DNA of 64,000 bases from Flaccisagitta enflata (Eukaryota). Positions 26,018-48,891 of the stretch are shown here, piece by piece; within the stretch, counting starts at the first letter, position 1, and every line of letters begins with the position of its first letter. The position numbers and the translations under genes are program-made. The stretch is taken from positions 15,872,001-15,936,000 of the forward strand of contig OZ231126.1 in NCBI GenBank assembly GCA_965153355.1. The letters run 5' to 3'. The notes under the pieces were generated by a model that saw only the letters and a list, made by a program, of their open reading frames with translations, did not search any database and was not told the origin of the DNA.

Positions 26018-26347
26018 GTTAGGGTTGTGTTTTTTTAGCGCTAGATATAAATGTTAAGGTTAAGGATTGTGTTGGGTTTAGGGTTAGGGGTTGTATTGGG
26101 TTTAGGGTTAGGGGTTGTGTTGGGTTTAGTGTTTTTTTAATTAGGGTTGGGGCTGGATATAAATGTTAGGGCTGGATACAAATGTTAAAGTTAAGGTTAG
26201 GGGTTGTGTTGGGTTTAGGGTTAGGGGTTGTATTGGGTTTAGGGTTAGGGGTTGAGTTGGGTTTAGGGTTGGGGGTTGTATTGGGTTTAAGGTTAGAGGT
26301 TGTGTTAAGTTTAGGGTTAAGGGTTGTGTTAGGTTTAAGGTTAAGGG
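26018..26347 (+). repeat. Degenerate telomere-like array, G-strand on + (GGGTTTAGGGTTAGGGGTTGTGTT)
   Basis: Reverse complement of the 24910-25260 array unit. Confidence 0.9.
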
Positions 26348-26756
26348 CTGTATCAAGTTAAAAGTTCATTACCCCTCACTACCCCTCAAACCACCCCTCA
26401 CCCCACCCCTCGCCTTACCCCACCCCTTGCCCCACCCTCGCCTTACCCCACCCCTCGCCCTACCCCACCCCTCGCTTTACCCTTGCCACCCCTCGCTACC
26501 CCTACATAATTTCAAACCACCCTTCACTTCTTGACCACCCCTAGCTACCCCTCACTACCCCTCACTTCCCCTCATGAGACATCTATAACTAATTTTAGCC
26601 AAATTTAATTATAACTCTTGGTGTAACTCGCCGATTTCCTTTCCAGTTTGTTCCTCCAGATCATTCAGCAGGCGATGTTCGTGGGTCGATAGCTCGCGAC
26701 AACGGCAAATTCTCTTCACTATCTAGGCTTTCCGCTCCTAATTGAAAAGAATCAAG

Positions 26757-37844
<11,088 letters not shown>

Positions 37845-37930
37845 ACGGAAGGACTGGACTCTTTGAGGACGAGCTGCGAATTTGAACCTGATGAAATTTC
37901 TTTACCGCCCCGTTTCCATGGTCGGCCATA

Positions 37931-40058
37931 CAGTACGAGAATCAAAGAACTGGGTAACTGGAGGGAAGCTATATCTGTAAAACGGCTAGGATTCATGATC
38001 AAATTTTTTACCACAAAATGCACCTATACGTGTACTATGTTGTTTAAGGTTTTGGAGCCATTCCAACAAATTCATTTTTTTTTTGTCCAAAAATTTTTTT
38101 TCTGTTTTTGGCTGATTTTGACCACAAAAATCACACTAAAAAAATATTCTTTTACATGTATATTAGTTAGATGCGATAACACAAATTTCATTTTTTGTTG
38201 GGGATTTTCCGCCAATTTTTGTGGCTATGGCACCCAAAACTCAAAAAACACAAAAAGTGGGATATTTCCTAATATTTTCAACAAAATCCCTTGATTTTTG
38301 GTTTGGTAGTAGTTTTAGGATTCACTAATAAGTGTCCCAAATTTCAGCTCTTAAAATGAATTTTTGATACAGTTATGAAATTTTAAATTTTTCACAAAAT
38401 GCAATCTAGGACGATTTTTGGCCAAATTTTTTTTTTCAAATAAAAAATTTTGCCAATTGTTATTTTTTGATAAAATAAATAACAAATTATGAGTTTCTAA
38501 AAAAATTTTTGAACTAGCCCTCTTATTAAAAAAAATTTTTTCTCAAAATTTGTGAAAATGACCCATTTTTTGAAGTTGAATAAAAACTGTTCCTGTGATC
38601 CGATCATCTTCATTTTTGGTAGAGTTGTTACCTGTTATCTACCTTAACTTCACCTAAAATTTGAGCTCACTGCTACTAACGGTTGCGGAGATATTGACGT
38701 TCAAAGTTACTTTGTCAGAGCAAAATCAGCAAAATTGACATTTTGGCCATTTTTGAGCTTTTATAAAATTGTATTTTTTCCTTCACACACCTCCATTTTG
38801 GCTGAAGTTACTCATTTTTATGCATATATTCATATTGCAAAATTTCACACCTGTCAGTCAAGCCGTTTTACGGTTATGGTGGTCCAAAGTTTTAAAAAAT
38901 GCAAATTTTTCAATCAAATCTTAGGCGGAAAAATCAGCAAAAATTTTTCAAAAAAAGGTCTCCAAAGGGGGGGGGGTCCAAAAAATTAGAAATTATTTTA
39001 TTTTCCCAACTCAAAAACCCTGATGAAAACTTTTTTTTCAATTTTTTTTTCAAATTTTCACAATAGTTTTTGTTGAAAAATTTGCATTTTTTGAAACTTT
39101 GGACCACCATAACTGTTAAACGGCTTAACTGACAAGTGTGAAATTTTGGAATATGAATATTTGCATAAACATGAGTAACTTCAGCCAAAATGGAGGTGTG
39201 TGAAGGAAAAAATACAATTTTATAAAAGCTCAAAAATGGCCAAAATGTCAATTTTGCTGATTTTGCTCTGACAAAGTAACTTTGAACGTCAATATCTCCG
39301 CAACCGTTAGTCGCAGTGAGCTCAAATTTTAGGTGAAGTTAGGGTAGATAACAGGTGACAACTCCACCAAAAATGAAGATGATCGGATGACAGGAACAGT
39401 TTTTATTCAACTTCAAAAAATGGGTCATTTTCACAAATTTTGAGAGAAAAAAATTTTTTTCTAAGAGGGCTAGTTCAAAATTTTTTTTAGAAACTCTTAA
39501 TTTGTTATTTATCTTATCAAAAAATAACAATTGCCAAATTTTTTTATTTGAAAAAAAAAAATTTTGACCAAAAAACGTCCTACATTGCATTTTGTGAAAA
39601 ATTTAAAATTTCATAACTGTATCAAAAATTCATTTTAAGAACTGAAATTTTGCACACTTATTAGTGAATCCTAAAACTACTACCACACCAAAAATCAAGG
39701 GATTTTGTTGAAAATCTTAGGAAATATCCCACTTTTTGTGTTTTTTGAGTTTTGGGTGCCATAGCCACAAAAATTGGCGGAAAATCCCCAACAAAAAATG
39801 AAATTTGTGTTAACGCATCTAACTAATATACATGTGAAAGAATATTTTTTTAGTGTGATTTTTGTGGTCAAAATCAGCCAAAAACAGAAAAAAAATTTTT
39901 GGACAAAAAAAAAATGAATTTGTTGGAATGGCTCCAAAACCTTAAACAACATAGTACACCTATAGGTGCATTTTGTGGTAAAAAATTTGATCATGAATCC
40001 TAGCCGTTTTACAGATATGGCTTCCCTCCAGTTACCCAGTTCTTTGATTCTCGTACTG
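37931..40058. mobile_element. Tc1/mariner-type foldback element: ~1-kb near-identical inverted arms with a short spacer
   Basis: TA|CAGTACGAGAATCAAAGAACTGGG ... CCCAGTTCTTTGATTCTCGTACTG|TA. The mirrored pseudo-ORFs (37863+/39695-, 38735+/38934-) are nearly identical. Spacer about 38930-39065. Confidence 0.92.
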
Positions 40059-40767
40059 TATGGTATTTACCATCTACCATGATTTCAATTTGAATGGAGA
40101 TACAACAATAACGTTTTGAGATATTTGACATTCTATTTCGTACGAATTCTCGAATTTAGACGTGCGTCAACAGCTTCCCCGAAAGCTCGTGGATACTTTT
40201 TTTTCAAGTTTTGGTCGAATCTTTGTTTGTCGCTTGTTATAAATAATTTTGTGTTGAAATCAAGACGATTAGCAGAATTCTTCATGATACATGATAAGTT
40301 TGTCTGTGTGTTTGCGAGTGGATGTAATAAATCGTTTTTTTTTCCCTTGTCTAGATGACATGAAATACGTAGAATGTGACTTGGACGGCGTCTCCAGCAA
40401 GCTGAGTATAACCGATTGGTGACGATGGCGTTATTGGTTATCCGGATATAGTTCTTTGAGAGAGAAAGAAAAGACATTTATTGTACATGTAAAGCGGAGT
40501 AAACAAGTACAAAGGGACGGTATGGATTAAACAGAAGTAAAATCCCTTCCCCCAATTCAATTATTAAATAAGGCATGATAGGCATGCGAATAAGTTAAAA
40601 AACAAAAACAAAAACAAAAAAACAAACAAATGTTCAGGTAACATTCGCGGTACGAATCAGTAACAAAAACAATGGCAATATGATTAGAAAAAAATGTTTT
40701 TTGTCAAGGCAGTTGTGCCGAGAATAGTGAAAGATTAATTTTTTTTAAATGTATATCATCGATCTGT

Positions 40768-43596
40768 CTAAGTAACGAGTAAGTTGTCTAAAGGAGAGAG
40801 ATGGCGATTGTCGGTTGAAGGCACATGATCATTAACAAGAGATTCAATGTGTGGGTTTTTCGATCTCATAGTATTAAGTAATTTTCCGTTTAGCATTAGT
40901 AGTCTCACAAATATTGGTTCAATAGCCGCATACTCATGAAGCAGTTCTGTTCGTATGTATCGCGGAAGACGCAGACAAATTCTAATGGCTTCATTTTGTA
41001 AGTGTTGAAGACGAGAAAGTTGGGTTTTGGGCGCCGACATAAATGCCGCACTACCGTATTCTACAATCGGTCTCACATAGACTTTATACAGCCGCATTAG
41101 AGTTGGTGCATCTGTACCATTAGAAGCCAGGACCCTCAGTACGTTCAGTCGCCGCGATGCTCGGTCAAGAACAGAGTCAGTGTGCTTTTTGAAAGCGAGA
41201 AGCCCATCAATTTCAATGCCGAGAAACTTAGCCGAATTTGTTGGTCGAATGATGTTGTCAAATAGATGCAACGCATAATTCTCTTCCTCGATACCGCGAT
41301 TCCTTGTTATGATGAGAAAGTTGGACTTATCACCATTGAGCTTAACTCGCCATTTCCGGCACCATGATTCTAACAGGTTCAGCGCCCTTTGTAATTTGCT
41401 AATTGAATAAGATCGAGTGAAGGCAGAAGTCCAAAGTGCCGTGTCATCAGCAAATTGCGACAAACTACAGAGCTCTTGGATTCCCTCCGGGTAATCATTA
41501 ACGTATATAATATATATGAGAGGAGAAAGAGGACTGCCTTGAGGTGTTCCTGCGTTTAAAGTGACTGTTTGAGAGTAGCATCCCTCGTAGAGTACCGTAA
41601 GCGACCGATCCGTGAGAAATGACGAAAGCAGTCGTATGATTCGTGATGGCAAGTTAAGATTCTTTTTTAACTTGTATCTAATACCGTTATGCCAGCAACG
41701 ATCAAATGCCGCTTCGGCATCCAGAAACAGCGCCGCCGTTGTTTGTTGTCGTTTGAACCCAGTATGACATTCTTCCGATAGACGTAGTAACTGCTCGCTC
41801 GTCATGTGCTTCCGCCGGAATCCGCTTTGAGAAGCTGCAAACAGGTTGTTTTCTTCAAGATGAGAAGAAAGTCGATTTGCCACTATCCTCTCCAGAACCT
41901 TTCCAATGCAAGAGAGAAGCGAAATTGGACGATAGTTTTTTGCAAATTTTGTATCTTTATTTGGCTTGGGGATAAGCTTAACAATAGCCGATTTCCACTT
42001 GACGGGAAAGTATCCAAGGTGAATGGCATCGGAGAAAACTTGACACATGTTTTGCTTCATTTTCTCTGGCAATTTTTTGATAAGGAAATAGCTTACGCCA
42101 TCTTGCCCAACTGCTGAACGATTCTTACATTTTGCAAGATTTAAATCCAGCTCATCAAGACTGACTTTTTGGCAAAGACTTGAATCGTCTCCAGGTTCCT
42201 CCTGTAGATAGGTCTCATTTTTGTCAATGGTGTAAGTTTTTTCATTTTGTTCTAGAAACCTCTCCACAGAAACTTTCCATCCGTCGTCAAAACCAACATA
42301 GTCTGGCTCTTGATGGATTCTCTGAAGTCGTTGAGCAAAGAGGTCTGCCTTCTCCTGGCTTGTTGTTGCTTTGGCACCATTCTCGTCTTCAATGCGTTTT
42401 TGTGACGAAGGCGGGGCATCTCCATCCGTGACTGATCGCGCTACAATGCCGAAAGTATGAAAGAATTTTCTTGAGTTTTTCTCGCGGTTTAGACTTTCAC
42501 AATGGCGCTCCAAATCTTGTTGCTTCTCCTTCTTTTGAAGTTTTTTAATTTCGTTACCAAGGCGATTGATCTTAGTCATAATCTCTCGGACCAGCATCAT
42601 ATTTTGCTGCTGCAAAGCATCATTTTTCTGCCTTCTCAATTTACGCTTCTCTTTCACCTTGACCTGGATCTCGGGAGTAAAGCGGTTCAGACTCGGTTTT
42701 TTTATTAATGTATTTGGGCAACTGCTTTCGAAAGCCGATGTTATTTGACTTGTCAGTAATTCCACATTTGCATCCAACTCGGCAGGTGTGGATGATGATG
42801 GAATGGGCCGCTGATTGTTCAAGATTCGATTCCATTTCGCCGTGTTCATTTTTTCTGGTTTTCTAACATATCGAGGCGATGGCGCTGACATGGCATCAAA
42901 TTGCAATAGAACATGCACTGGATAGTGGTCGCTCCCAACGTCGAATCCGACCCAAAAGTCCTTGAGCAATTGCGCTGAGTAAACGTTTCCAATCATGAGG
43001 TCGAGGCTTTCTTCCTTGCCCGTGGCTGGGTCACAACGTGTCATACTGTCGTTATTGAAAACGACAAGATTGTTTGTGACTAGACTCTGCATCAGTTCAG
43101 TTCCTCGCGTATCAGTTCGAGTGGAGCCCCAGAAAGTATTTTTGCAGTTGAGATCTCCAGTAAGTAGACAATTACCTCTCATGGATCCCACATAATTGAT
43201 AATGGCATCGTTTGGGGTGGTTAGAGGCGGATTATAATATGAGAATATTTTAAGACTTGGTCGCTTTCCATCACTTAGTATCTCTATGCCAATGATCTCT
43301 TCAGATCTAAATTTGTCTTTCACTTCTTCAATTTCAATTATGTCCTTTATATCTTTTCGAGCTAAGATCATGCTTCCGCGTGAGCCGCCAATCGAGTTAT
43401 GTTCGCGTCTTGCCGCAACATTATAGCCATTTACTTCATAATTTAGGTTCAACGGGAGTTTTGTTTCATTCAGACAAATCACTTCCGGGAACTTCATTTC
43501 AGCAAGATAATTTTCAAGGTTAATCTTATTGCTTCTTGCACCGCGAATGTTCAAGTGAACAACTTCATATTTGTACAAATGAGCTGGTTGATCCAT
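40768..43596 (-). CDS. LINE ORF2: APE endonuclease + reverse transcriptase, 942 aa
   Basis: APE motifs HLNIRG, CLNETKL, GDLNC and GSDHYPV. RT motifs YRPISLL, QSGFR, FLDAEAAFDRCWH, GTPQGSPLSP, FADD and KFLGI. No RNase H domain recognised. Confidence 0.95.
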   Translation of the reverse strand: MDQPAHLYKYEVVHLNIRGARSNKINLENYLAEMKFPEVICLNETKLPLNLNYEVNGYNVAARREHNSIGGSRGSMILARKDIKDIIEIEEVKDKFRSEEIIGIEILSDGKRPSLKIFSYYNPPLTTPNDAIINYVGSMRGNCLLTGDLNCKNTFWGSTRTDTRGTELMQSLVTNNLVVFNNDSMTRCDPATGKEESLDLMIGNVYSAQLLKDFWVGFDVGSDHYPVHVLLQFDAMSAPSPRYVRKPEKMNTAKWNRILNNQRPIPSSSTPAELDANVELLTSQITSAFESSCPNTLIKKPSLNRFTPEIQVKVKEKRKLRRQKNDALQQQNMMLVREIMTKINRLGNEIKKLQKKEKQQDLERHCESLNREKNSRKFFHTFGIVARSVTDGDAPPSSQKRIEDENGAKATTSQEKADLFAQRLQRIHQEPDYVGFDDGWKVSVERFLEQNEKTYTIDKNETYLQEEPGDDSSLCQKVSLDELDLNLAKCKNRSAVGQDGVSYFLIKKLPEKMKQNMCQVFSDAIHLGYFPVKWKSAIVKLIPKPNKDTKFAKNYRPISLLSCIGKVLERIVANRLSSHLEENNLFAASQSGFRRKHMTSEQLLRLSEECHTGFKRQQTTAALFLDAEAAFDRCWHNGIRYKLKKNLNLPSRIIRLLSSFLTDRSLTVLYEGCYSQTVTLNAGTPQGSPLSPLIYIIYVNDYPEGIQELCSLSQFADDTALWTSAFTRSYSISKLQRALNLLESWCRKWRVKLNGDKSNFLIITRNRGIEEENYALHLFDNIIRPTNSAKFLGIEIDGLLAFKKHTDSVLDRASRRLNVLRVLASNGTDAPTLMRLYKVYVRPIVEYGSAAFMSAPKTQLSRLQHLQNEAIRICLRLPRYIRTELLHEYAAIEPIFVRLLMLNGKLLNTMRSKNPHIESLVNDHVPSTDNRHLSPLDNLLVT

Positions 43597-45038
43597 TATG
43601 AGGTGGCTGAGGTACTTCCTTCTGGTTGCATGTTTGGCAAATCAGCTGGTGCAGGTTTTGGGAAGCATTTGGCCATGACACGCTCCTTGACGTCGTTGTG
43701 GTCAATCGGCGCTGAGGCTGGTCCAAATGGCAGCTTGTTGGCAGCATTGCTGACATTTGCAGCAATTTTTCCGACTTTGAGTGGCAAACCGATTTTGCTC
43801 ACATTTCTGTCTTGAATGTCGTAAGTCAGTTCGCAGACACATTGAGCCAATGCCTCCGTAAGCATCATGACAACACTTTCCTTAACCTCTTGAAGGATTT
43901 GCTGCAGGTATTCCCGCGTAACAGATGCAGAGGCGACTTGGGCAAAGGTCGGAGTTTTTTTCGAGTCAACAGCTCCACGTAGATTAGGACATTCCAATGA
44001 CCAAGCAGCATGTGAACCAGAGCAGTTGGCACATTTGAAGTTTTCTTTGGTCACTGTGCACTCTGATTTTCTATGCGGCCCGGCGCATAGGACACACTTT
44101 TGCTCAAAAGGGCAGTCTGCCACAAGATGATCTGCAATCTTTTGACACTTAAAGCATTGTTTTACCTTCGGATAGGATTTTGCATCTTCTTTAGCTGTTT
44201 CACATTTGTAATGCATCTGATCTAGATTAATGCCCGAGCGGAGGAGACTTTTTTTTGTTTCCTCATCTTTGAGGATAAGACGGAACAATTTTGTCGGTTT
44301 GCCATTAGCGCGACTTATGATCCTTTTCACTTTGCGGTAAGGAAGCTCTTGCCGCTGCAAGATCTCATCCATCTCTTCCTGAGTCACAGACTCGTCGACG
44401 TTTTTTATGATGACTTGATGAGTTATTTGCTGCTCCTTTGGAACACGTGCACTAACATTACTTCCAAGTGGACACTGTGCGGGAAAGGCGTCTTTCTTAA
44501 GAAGCGCGTTGCAATCCTTAGGATTTTTCGGTTTAACGAGGACGTCTCCAGATGCTGTCAATCGAAGACCATCTGGACGAAGCATAACATTTGGTTTTGC
44601 CTCTGCAAAAGCCTTGGAGAGTCGAGTCGGATGTTTTTTTGTCGCTTCGTCGACGCCTTCAAGAATGACGACCTGAGTAGCGTAATCGGTTGTTGATGCC
44701 GTTGACGACGACGCTGTGGACGCCGCTGACGACGCCGCTGACGACGCCGCCGACGACGACGCCGCCGATGACGACGAGGATGACGCCGCATTCGGTGGAG
44801 CCTTTTTCCTTTGTTGTTTTGGCGCCGGCGTCTCTTCAAATTCCGAGTCACTGTCGTCACGCTCACTAGAAAGCCTCGCCCTTCCTCGTTGCGTGTTTGA
44901 GCTGCAGCTGCCGAGCATATCTTGCAGTTTGTTGTTGAGCAGGGTCGTAACGGCGGAATCGAGGTTGAATCCGTTCCCGCCTGAGACAACAGCCGGCTCT
45001 TTCCCTTTTTGTCCCTTTTTGTTCTTGGATTTTGTCAT
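43596..45038 (-). CDS. LINE ORF1 gag-like nucleic-acid-binding protein, 480 aa
   Basis: Three Cys-His knuckles (CFKCQKIADHLVADC, CVLCAGPHRKSEC, CANCSGSHAAWSLEC) after an RRM-like region. Its stop codon overlaps the ORF2 start (TAATG). Confidence 0.92.
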   Translation of the reverse strand: MTKSKNKKGQKGKEPAVVSGGNGFNLDSAVTTLLNNKLQDMLGSCSSNTQRGRARLSSERDDSDSEFEETPAPKQQRKKAPPNAASSSSSSAASSSAASSAASSAASTASSSTASTTDYATQVVILEGVDEATKKHPTRLSKAFAEAKPNVMLRPDGLRLTASGDVLVKPKNPKDCNALLKKDAFPAQCPLGSNVSARVPKEQQITHQVIIKNVDESVTQEEMDEILQRQELPYRKVKRIISRANGKPTKLFRLILKDEETKKSLLRSGINLDQMHYKCETAKEDAKSYPKVKQCFKCQKIADHLVADCPFEQKCVLCAGPHRKSECTVTKENFKCANCSGSHAAWSLECPNLRGAVDSKKTPTFAQVASASVTREYLQQILQEVKESVVMMLTEALAQCVCELTYDIQDRNVSKIGLPLKVGKIAANVSNAANKLPFGPASAPIDHNDVKERVMAKCFPKPAPADLPNMQPEGSTSATS

Positions 45039-45311
45039 GATGACTTGTTCTCAGCAACCGAAGAATGAGGACATGAAAGAGAAAGAAAGGAAGAGGGAAA
45101 ATGTTTAGGTCACGTCGGTCACTAATATCAGGCCGAAGGACTGACTCTCACCAGATTCTGGTCGAATTCGCGCCCTGAAATATCTCGACGGTCGATTGAA
45201 TTGGTTGGCCTGGATTTGTCGTGGATCGTCCTATAATCTTTGATCACGTGTTTATCACCGACGTTCCCAAACAAGGTTTCCCGTGAATGGCCGCTTTTTG
45301 CAACGTATATC

Positions 45312-45312
45312 G

Positions 45313-45394
<82 letters not shown>

Positions 45395-45478
45395 GACGTT
45401 GTTGTTGTTGTTGACGTTGTTGTTGTTGTTGACGTTTTTGTTGTTGATGACGTTGTTGTTGATGACGTTGTTGGTTTT
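45312..45478. repeat. (GTT)n microsatellite
   Basis: Direct reading. Confidence 0.95.
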
Positions 45479-46277
45479 GTTGTTAAACAAAGCGAAATCG
45501 TTGGCAAAATGAGGCACAGTCACGTATTTCTTTTCACCGCGAAGCTGGGTACACTTTTTGCTTTTTGCGTAAGGTTGTTTCTAGGGTTTATTGTTTATTT
45601 TTGGTTTGACAAGTACAATTTAGTTTGTGATACAACCCGAAGCTAGGTAAAGCAAACGGGAGTCTCAGCGAAAATAGGCAGAAAAGTGTTCGTATTTTTT
45701 TCTCTCCTTACTTGTGATGATTGTCCTATACTTGTGATGAAACGGAAAATCAAAGGTCTGTTTTAAGCTCCATCAAACGAAATTACGCTTATTCAAACAA
45801 GGTTTTCGATCATCTGTGGGTTTAATTAAGCAAATAAAAGAATTTTAGCTTCTTTGATTACGAGACTCGCCCTTTCAAGACTACACCAAAAACTCTCATT
45901 CACGAGTGCGGATTGACTCCATCATTTGGAAGGAATTGTAAGGGGAATTGGCTCAATCCCAGAAAAGAAGTCCTTTCCTCCCAAATCCGCGATCGTGGTA
46001 TTATTATTTTGCTCCAAAGCGATGATCTAATCGTCATCGTTATCATCATCGTCATCGTTATCATCATCGTCATCGTTATCATCATCGTCATCTTCTCCGC
46101 TTGTGGATCATAACTGACTTTAAAACAGCGAAAACTCAAGCGATACTCGATAGCTCTTTTGAACGTGGAGAATTCTGACTTCGAAATCGACTTTTCTGTG
46201 CCTTTGGATAAACTCGATAAACGCTTGAAAGGGGGTGATTCTAGTCGAAAAAACAAAAACAAAGAAAAAACACAAAA

Positions 46278-48729
46278 ATGTCTAAAGTCAAGAAAATCGT
46301 GGAGGAGGTCAAGGCTGACCAAATTCCCGAGCTGGACCTGGTGGACAAAAATATCAGCAACATTTTAGAAATTCCCGGATTGTGTGAGTATCGAACTTGC
46401 GTATGAAGGGGGTTGGGGAGCAGAGGTGCCGATTCTGTGTAGCATGGTAGCAATGCTACGCGGCAAACAAGCGCCAAAGTGCGGTAGATGTGGCGGGGGG
46501 GGGGGAAGAGACTGTTAAGGGGGCATCAAGGGGGAGAAAGAATGTAGGGAGGGAAGAACCGAAGCCAGATTTTCGATTTCGCGCAACTGCTTGCTGGTCT
46601 GCCTTGTCTCGGTAGATGAAATGCTCATTTGCATATTGCAGTTATAAGTTTCATACATGCCTTTAAAAGTTCCTAAAACAACAATTGAAATCGTTCGTAG
46701 TGTGAAACATTTCTTTATTTTTATGGCCGAGTAAAGGCCCGATGATTTCGTATTAACGATGAAAAATGGTGAATCTGTCTAAGAAAAGTTGACTGTCAAA
46801 CACGATTGCGTTTTGTTCAAAGGGATGTTGAGTGAGAAAAAATTACTCTAAGAAAAAGGAATTTAATTCTTCTTTCGTCTTTATTTTTGGGCGCACGCAG
46901 CGAGGATTGCGTTTACACTTGCTTTGCGGCTCCATCATGAAATCAGATTTGACGGAGTTCAAGTGTCCGATGGTAAGGGTTTTTGAGCATTTCAGAAAAA
47001 CAGGGGGCGGGAAAAACAAACACACGGTCCAGAGCTAATGTACGAGCTTGTGAAAAATGCGGCAGCTTGTGCTGAATTTCCCTTGCTACGAGGCAGCTAA
47101 GCAAAATCGGCACCTCTGTTGGGGAGAATTTGTATTGTTGTTGTTGATGCTTGTTTTACCGCACTTACATTTGTTCTATGAATTAACTCAGGTTTATCTT
47201 ATTTGTTCTGATACTTTTTTTCAGTTTCCCTCAATCACCTGACGCGGATTACTCTAAGCCACAACAAAATTTCGAGTGAGTTTGCCTTAGGGGTTTTCTA
47301 ATTTCTGTAGGGGTTTTCTAATTTCTGCAGATTTTATCAACGTCACTTTGCCTTTGATATCTCGTGAAAGGAGCTCGTAAACCATGAAATATCGTAATCC
47401 ACCCAGATCTCCCACCGAATGTTGCCGAGTTAGTCAACCTCGAAATCCTGAACTTATTCAACAACCATCTCGAAGAGCTGCCGATTGCCATTTCCACGTT
47501 GCCAAAGTTAAAAATCCTCAACATTGGGTTAGTATAGCTTTCATTTCTTACGGAAAACGATCAATCCGCGTACCCGCTTGATTTCATTCTACCTGCCGTT
47601 CTGCCTCTTATATTGTTGTTAGTGCGTCAGCCTTTCCATCTATGTATCGGTCAATCGGCCTGCCGTGATTCAAGCCGGCCAGCCCGTTATCCAGCGTGTC
47701 CCCCATTGTCATCTTTGTTGACATCTGTTCTATTTACTTCTTTCGACTTAGGATGAACAGGCTTAACAGCCTTCCAAGGGGTTTTGGCGCGTTTCCCGTT
47801 CTCGAGGTATTGGACCTCACTTACAACAATCTGAACGAACGAGGACTCCCTGGAAACTTCTTTTGTTTAGAAACACTGAGGTACTATTTACTTAATGTCA
47901 TTAAATGAATTTGATTTTTTTAAAAATAACTTTTAGGTATCAATAAATATAATTTGGTTGTAATAATTTCATAGAAAAAAATTCTCATATCCTGTGCAGG
48001 GCGCTCTTCCTTGGGGATAACGACTTCGAAACGCTGCCGGCCGAGATTGGGAACCTTAAGAATCTGCAGGTAACTGTGCAACGGATTAGTGCATCTAGAG
48101 ATGTTTGAAAATGAAATGCAATTGTTTTGAACATTCACGTTCAACTCGTTTACTTCTCTTAGATTCTCGTGCTGCGTGACAACGAATTGATTGGAATTCC
48201 TCCCGAGGTCGGCACGCTTCATCGATTGCGAGAGCTTCATATCCAAGGAAACCGTCTCACCATTTTACCTCCAGAACTAGGTGTGTGTTTGTGCATGGTT
48301 CATTTGTTTGTATGTTGTATGTGTTTGGGTTCGTCTTTATTTCAGTGTTCTTGTCCGATCGCTTGTGTGTATGCGTATGTGACAGGTGACAGGCTTTCGT
48401 GACAGGTGGCAGGCTTTTGTGACGTGTGTGTGTGTGCGCGCGCGCGCGCGTATGCGACTTGTGACAGGTGACGTGTGTGTGTGTGTGTGTGTATATATAT
48501 ATGTGTGTGTGTGTGTATATATATATGTGTGTGTGTGTGTGTATGTATATGTATGTGTGTGTGTGTGTGTATGTATATGTGTGTGTGTGTGTGTGTATAT
48601 ATATGTGTGTGTGTGTGTGTGTATATATATATGTGTGTGTGTATGTATATATATATGTGTGTGTGTGTGTATATATATATGTGTGTGTGTGTATATATAT
48701 ATGTGTGTGTGTGTGTGTGTATGTATATA

Positions 48730-48760
<31 letters not shown>

Positions 48761-48853
48761 ATATATGTGTGTGTATGTGTGTGTATGTATGTGTGTGTGT
48801 ATGTATGTGTGTATGTATGTGTGTGTGTGTGTTTATGTGTGTATATGTATGCG

Positions 48854-48891
<38 letters not shown>

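Larger units (their letters stand above)
24070..26594. mobile_element. Composite TIR element with C-rich minisatellites, containing telomere-like arrays and a nested palindrome
   Basis: TIR AATTAGTTAAAGATGTCTCATG (24070) / CATGAGACATCTATAACTAATT (ending 26594). 12-bp CACCCCTGGGTC repeats at 24230-24310, an ~290-bp internal duplication (24300-24480 vs 24595-24770), and CCCCTCGCCTTACCCCA repeats at 26400-26500. Confidence 0.65.
40458..45144 (-). mobile_element. Apparently full-length non-LTR retrotransposon (LINE), I/Jockey group
   Basis: 5' end TCAGTC with GACGTG about 30 nt downstream, ORF1 and ORF2 without stops, and a 3' UTR with AATAAA (plus-strand TTTATT at ~40477-40482) followed by a short pyrimidine tail. 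No clear TSD, so the ends are approximate. Confidence 0.88.

Noticed and set aside
24910-26347. Ancestral telomere-telomere fusion site
   Set aside because: The polarity is CCCTAA...TTAGGG, the reverse of a fusion, and the repeats form a degenerate 24-bp unit.
37863-39994. Duplicated small protein genes on opposite strands
   Set aside because: Mirror images produced by the foldback arms; AT-rich, with no transposase motifs.
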